64,000 nt of DNA from Bacteroidota bacterium (GTDB taxonomy: Bacteria > Bacteroidota > Ignavibacteria > SZUA-365). Of the stretch, positions 60,907 to 64,000 are shown piece after piece. A program made the translations under genes and the position numbers. The DNA is taken from the NCBI GenBank assembly GCA_023432805.1, contig JAEYUG010000033.1, forward strand, positions 2,654 to 66,653. The letters are read 5' to 3'. Under the pieces are notes generated by a model. It made no database searches and was not told the origin of the DNA. It saw only the letters and a program-made list of their open reading frames with translations. Numbering within the stretch: position 1 is the stretch's first letter; each line of letters starts with the position of its first letter.

Positions 60907-63189
60907 TCAATGCACGACAACAAGGGAAACGACCGCATGGGTTCCATCATCGAACAGCGCGAACACCCGGTACAGGCCGGATGCCAGCGACCCGGTCGGC
61001 AGCGACCAGACATGCCTGCCCGATGCCACCTCGCGCATTTCTCTGGGAAATGGTGTGGGAAGCACGTCAACCCCGTCAGCACCAACAAGCGACAACCGCA
61101 CCCGCACAGGGGAAGCCACCTCGAGCGCGAGCACGATAAGGTCCGAAGCCGGATTGGGATGAGCCGTCAGCGTGGCTGGAACGGAGCGGCGTGCAACAAC
61201 GCGGGTACATGTGCCGTCGATCACGACCGGTACGTCCGTACCGTGCGCGTCAAGCAGACAGTCGGTGGCACAGCGCGCGACGGCAATCGAGAGCAGCGTG
61301 GTCGTCACCTCGTCTGTGGCCAGCACGGAGAAATGGAGGATCCCGAGCGAGGAGGCATCGGCAGCAGGGACGCCGCGCACGCGTAGATGCAGCGTGCCAG
61401 AAGCATCTGCGACGGCCTCGACGCTGGCCCACGCAGGAAGCGTCGAGGCAGCAATGTCGAGTGCTGCGAATGAAAGGAGCGACGCGGAATCGCGCACCGC
61501 GAGTTCCAGATCGATGAAGCGTCCGGCAAGCAGTGGCGGTTCGACAGAAACAGGCAAGTCGAGTCCCTCACCGTATGGAATGTACCGCGTGGTGCTCGGT
61601 TGACCGAATGCATAAGACACCGCCCGGTCCGTACGCACGCTGAACGGTGTGGAGAGGAGGATGCAACCATGTTCCGTCTCGACCTCGACGCAGTAGTCGC
61701 CTGCATCGTCGACGCGCAGGCGGCAGCTGTCACCCTCGACGGCCTGTCCGTCGCGACTCCAGCGGTACGCCGTGTAGATGTCGGGTACGTCGAGTACGAC
61801 CGTCTCGCCCGGACAAAGGATCGTCGCACCCCGTGCAGTGACTGCGGGCGGTGACGGACAGGGGACGATGCACACGCGCGCGGAGTCCAGCAGCGGCATG
61901 ATGCATCCTTCGGTGAATGACCAGCGCACGAGCTGCACGGATGTGCAGGTGGTGTCGGTGACCGCGGCGGTCTGGAAGGCGATATCCACAAGAGCACCGC
62001 TTCCGCGGATGGTGCCGGCATGTGGGAACCGCACGCGCAGGCGTCCCGGAATATCGTCGAGTACGAGCGGTGCGGCGCTGCCGAGCAATGAAGCCGGTGG
62101 GACTTCCACCCTCAGAAAATTCAGCGCGCGTCCATCATAGAGGAGTTCCGCATCCGCTTGTCCGAAAAGAAGATCCGACGTCGGATCGGGCAGCACGACC
62201 GGCACGCGCACGAGGGTGGAGGCGGCACGCGTGCGTGGCAGTGGTATGATGCGCACCGGAGTTGTGGTGCCGATGGTGCCAGGGGTGGCGAAGGTCGTGT
62301 CGTCGGTGAGCGGCGTGCAGGCCCCCATCACCGTGATCGCGAGGGTGCGGGTCTCGGTGTTGAGGCATTCGCCGCTGTAGGTGATGGTGCATGCGGGATC
62401 GGGAAACTTGATCGTGCGTGCGATGATGCTGAATATGCGGGCGAGGTCGCTGCTGTTCGCGGTGAAGAAGGTTCGCCCGCCGGTGATGGTGGCGATGCTC
62501 TCAAGCAGCGCGTCGTCGACCGAGATCCCGAGACCGATCATGAAGATCGGAATCCCCATCTGCCTGGCCCGCGCTACCAGGTCTGTTGGCGTATGCGCGC
62601 TCGTGTTGTCGCGTCCGTCTGTGAGCACGATCAGGGCACGGCATCCGGTCGTTGCCTCAAGGGTGCGCAGCCCTTCGAGTGATCCATCCCAGAGACTTGT
62701 CAGCCCCGCCGGCGTGATGCGGTCGACCGCAGCCTCGAGCAGCACGCGGCTCGTCGTGCGCGATTGCAGCAGGTACACGCCCGAGTTGAAGCCGACGACC
62801 GCCGCGCTGTCGCGCACACCGTCGAGTTCGGCGATGAACACCTTCGCCGCCCTCTTCGTATCCTCCATCGGTTGACCCTGCATCGAACCGCTGCCGTCAA
62901 TGACAAGTGCGACATTCAGAGCGCAGCGGAGCGAATCGTTCGGGCAGGAGATGGAAAAGTTCGGAACGTCCACCCCGTTCTCGTGCAGCCGGATGTCGAG
63001 CGCACCCAGTCCGATCACCGGCACCTCGTCACAGCTCGCCTCGATACGTACTTCGATGCGTGGCATCGCAACGGTCAAGGAGGTGATGCGCATGTGCGGC
63101 TGTGCGACGACTGACTGCGCCAGACAGGCGGCGAGCGCGCAGACAAGTCCTGCACGCAATGCGTAACGAACGATCCGCTCGTCGATCAT
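60907..63189 (-). CDS. von Willebrand factor type A domain protein with T9SS C-terminal sorting domain
   Basis: LNVALVIDGSGSMQG MIDAS motif; C-terminal LTAHPNPASDLIVLAL...GLYRVFALFDDGTHAVVSLVVVH CTD. Confidence 0.8.
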   Translation of the reverse strand: MIDERIVRYALRAGLVCALAACLAQSVVAQPHMRITSLTVAMPRIEVRIEASCDEVPVIGLGALDIRLHENGVDVPNFSISCPNDSLRCALNVALVIDGSGSMQGQPMEDTKRAAKVFIAELDGVRDSAAVVGFNSGVYLLQSRTTSRVLLEAAVDRITPAGLTSLWDGSLEGLRTLEATTGCRALIVLTDGRDNTSAHTPTDLVARARQMGIPIFMIGLGISVDDALLESIATITGGRTFFTANSSDLARIFSIIARTIKFPDPACTITYSGECLNTETRTLAITVMGACTPLTDDTTFATPGTIGTTTPVRIIPLPRTRAASTLVRVPVVLPDPTSDLLFGQADAELLYDGRALNFLRVEVPPASLLGSAAPLVLDDIPGRLRVRFPHAGTIRGSGALVDIAFQTAAVTDTTCTSVQLVRWSFTEGCIMPLLDSARVCIVPCPSPPAVTARGATILCPGETVVLDVPDIYTAYRWSRDGQAVEGDSCRLRVDDAGDYCVEVETEHGCILLSTPFSVRTDRAVSYAFGQPSTTRYIPYGEGLDLPVSVEPPLLAGRFIDLELAVRDSASLLSFAALDIAASTLPAWASVEAVADASGTLHLRVRGVPAADASSLGILHFSVLATDEVTTTLLSIAVARCATDCLLDAHGTDVPVVIDGTCTRVVARRSVPATLTAHPNPASDLIVLALEVASPVRVRLSLVGADGVDVLPTPFPREMREVASGRHVWSLPTGSLASGLYRVFALFDDGTHAVVSLVVVH

Positions 63190-63306
63190 GTGCGTTGATT
63201 ATGGAGATTCGGATCTGTTGTTCGCAAACTAGACTCCCCTCCGGCGGGATGCAATGCCAATTGCAGACGCCGGTCCTTCGTGCACGCGTGGAGCAGCGTC
63301 CCGCGC

Positions 63307-63960
63307 TCAGTCGGGGGTGCCTGAACGGTCGGGGACAGCGGCGTCGAGGCTTCCGCCGTGGTGTGCGGAGTCGATCGTCATGTCGAGATCACGCAGCAAT
63401 CCGTCGTGCAGATCGTAGATCCATCCATGCACCGCGAGCGGACGTCCCATCTGCCATGCGCGGGTCACGACGTCGAGGGAGGCAATGGTGCGCACCTGCC
63501 GCGCAACATTGAGTTCGCAGAGACGGTCCCATTTCGCACCCTCGTCGGTGAAGCGAGCAAGCTCGTCTGCGTGATCGTCGACGACCACGCGCACGTGTTC
63601 AAGCCAGTCGTGCACGACGCCTGTCGTGCCACCCTCGAGTGCGGCGTGTACACCGCCACAGCGATAATGCCCGCAGACGATGATGTGCTTCACACCAAGT
63701 TCCTCGACCGCGAAGGTGATCACCGCCGTCGCGTTGCGATCATCGCGAGGCACGACGTTGGCGATGTTGCGATGGACGAACAGCTCGCCGGAGGCGAGTC
63801 CCACGATCGCATTGGCCGGCACGCGGCTGTCGCTGCAGCCGATCCACAGATAGTCGGGGCGCTGGATGGCGCACAACCGTTCGAAGAAGTCGGGATCCTG
63901 CCGGGTCTGCTCGGCAGCCCAGGCGCGGTTGTTGTTGAACAGATGTGGAAGGAGTTTCAT
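63307..63960 (-). CDS. can: Beta-class carbonic anhydrase
   Basis: WIGCSDSRV ... VCGHYRCGG zinc-ligand motifs. Confidence 0.9.
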   Translation of the reverse strand: MKLLPHLFNNNRAWAAEQTRQDPDFFERLCAIQRPDYLWIGCSDSRVPANAIVGLASGELFVHRNIANVVPRDDRNATAVITFAVEELGVKHIIVCGHYRCGGVHAALEGGTTGVVHDWLEHVRVVVDDHADELARFTDEGAKWDRLCELNVARQVRTIASLDVVTRAWQMGRPLAVHGWIYDLHDGLLRDLDMTIDSAHHGGSLDAAVPDRSGTPD

Positions 63961-64000
63961 CGTGACTCGAAGGGAAAGCGGATGCGGCACATGTGAATTG

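Overview
This is a 64 kb, high-GC (about 65-70%) bacterial chromosomal window with dense, often translationally coupled genes on both strands. Four proteins carry T9SS-type C-terminal sorting domains and a PorV/PorQ-like gene is present. Together with the GC content this suggests a high-GC member of the Bacteroidota-related (FCB) group such as Rhodothermota or Gemmatimonadota; that placement is inference only.

Genes recognised, in order: catalase-peroxidase KatG; a low-GC islet carrying an AbiEi/AbiEii abortive-infection or type IV toxin-antitoxin pair; a Lol/MacB-like ABC operon (ATPase, two FtsX-family permeases, LolA-like protein, and an upstream putative outer-membrane protein); a four-gene coupled operon (GT2 glycosyltransferase, large polytopic TPR membrane protein, SAM methyltransferase, radical-SAM/SPASM enzyme); an orphan mlaE; clpC; a collagen-like (GPA)n protein adjacent to a small T9SS-CTD ORF; apaG, lptB, tatD, a MEMO-like gene and an orphan OppF-like ATPase; a partner-switching module (membrane GAF-PP2C phosphatase, STAS antagonist, RsbW-like kinase, second GAF-PP2C phosphatase) with no sigma factor; an MFS transporter; a DUF362-like T9SS cargo protein; a PqqD-like peptide-chaperone gene beside an OPT transporter and a PqqC/TenA-like gene; thioredoxin-like, nadK, nfu and mrp/apbC genes; SDR, HAD and PlsC-like genes; a 1212-aa putative outer-membrane protein; a lipoprotein, TonB-dependent receptor, PorV-like and NHL-lipoprotein operon; a low-GC DUF3883-like lone gene; a 1955-aa DUF11/Cna-B adhesin with T9SS CTD; lipocalin; a VWA T9SS protein; and a beta-carbonic anhydrase.

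The most notable non-coding signal is a family of GC-rich palindromic elements (core GGGAGGACGGACGCCCTCGTCCGTCA) at six intergenic loci, including a 4-copy tandem array with a 27-bp period. No rRNA, tRNA or CRISPR array was recognised. Many long ORFs antisense to real genes are GC-driven artefacts.
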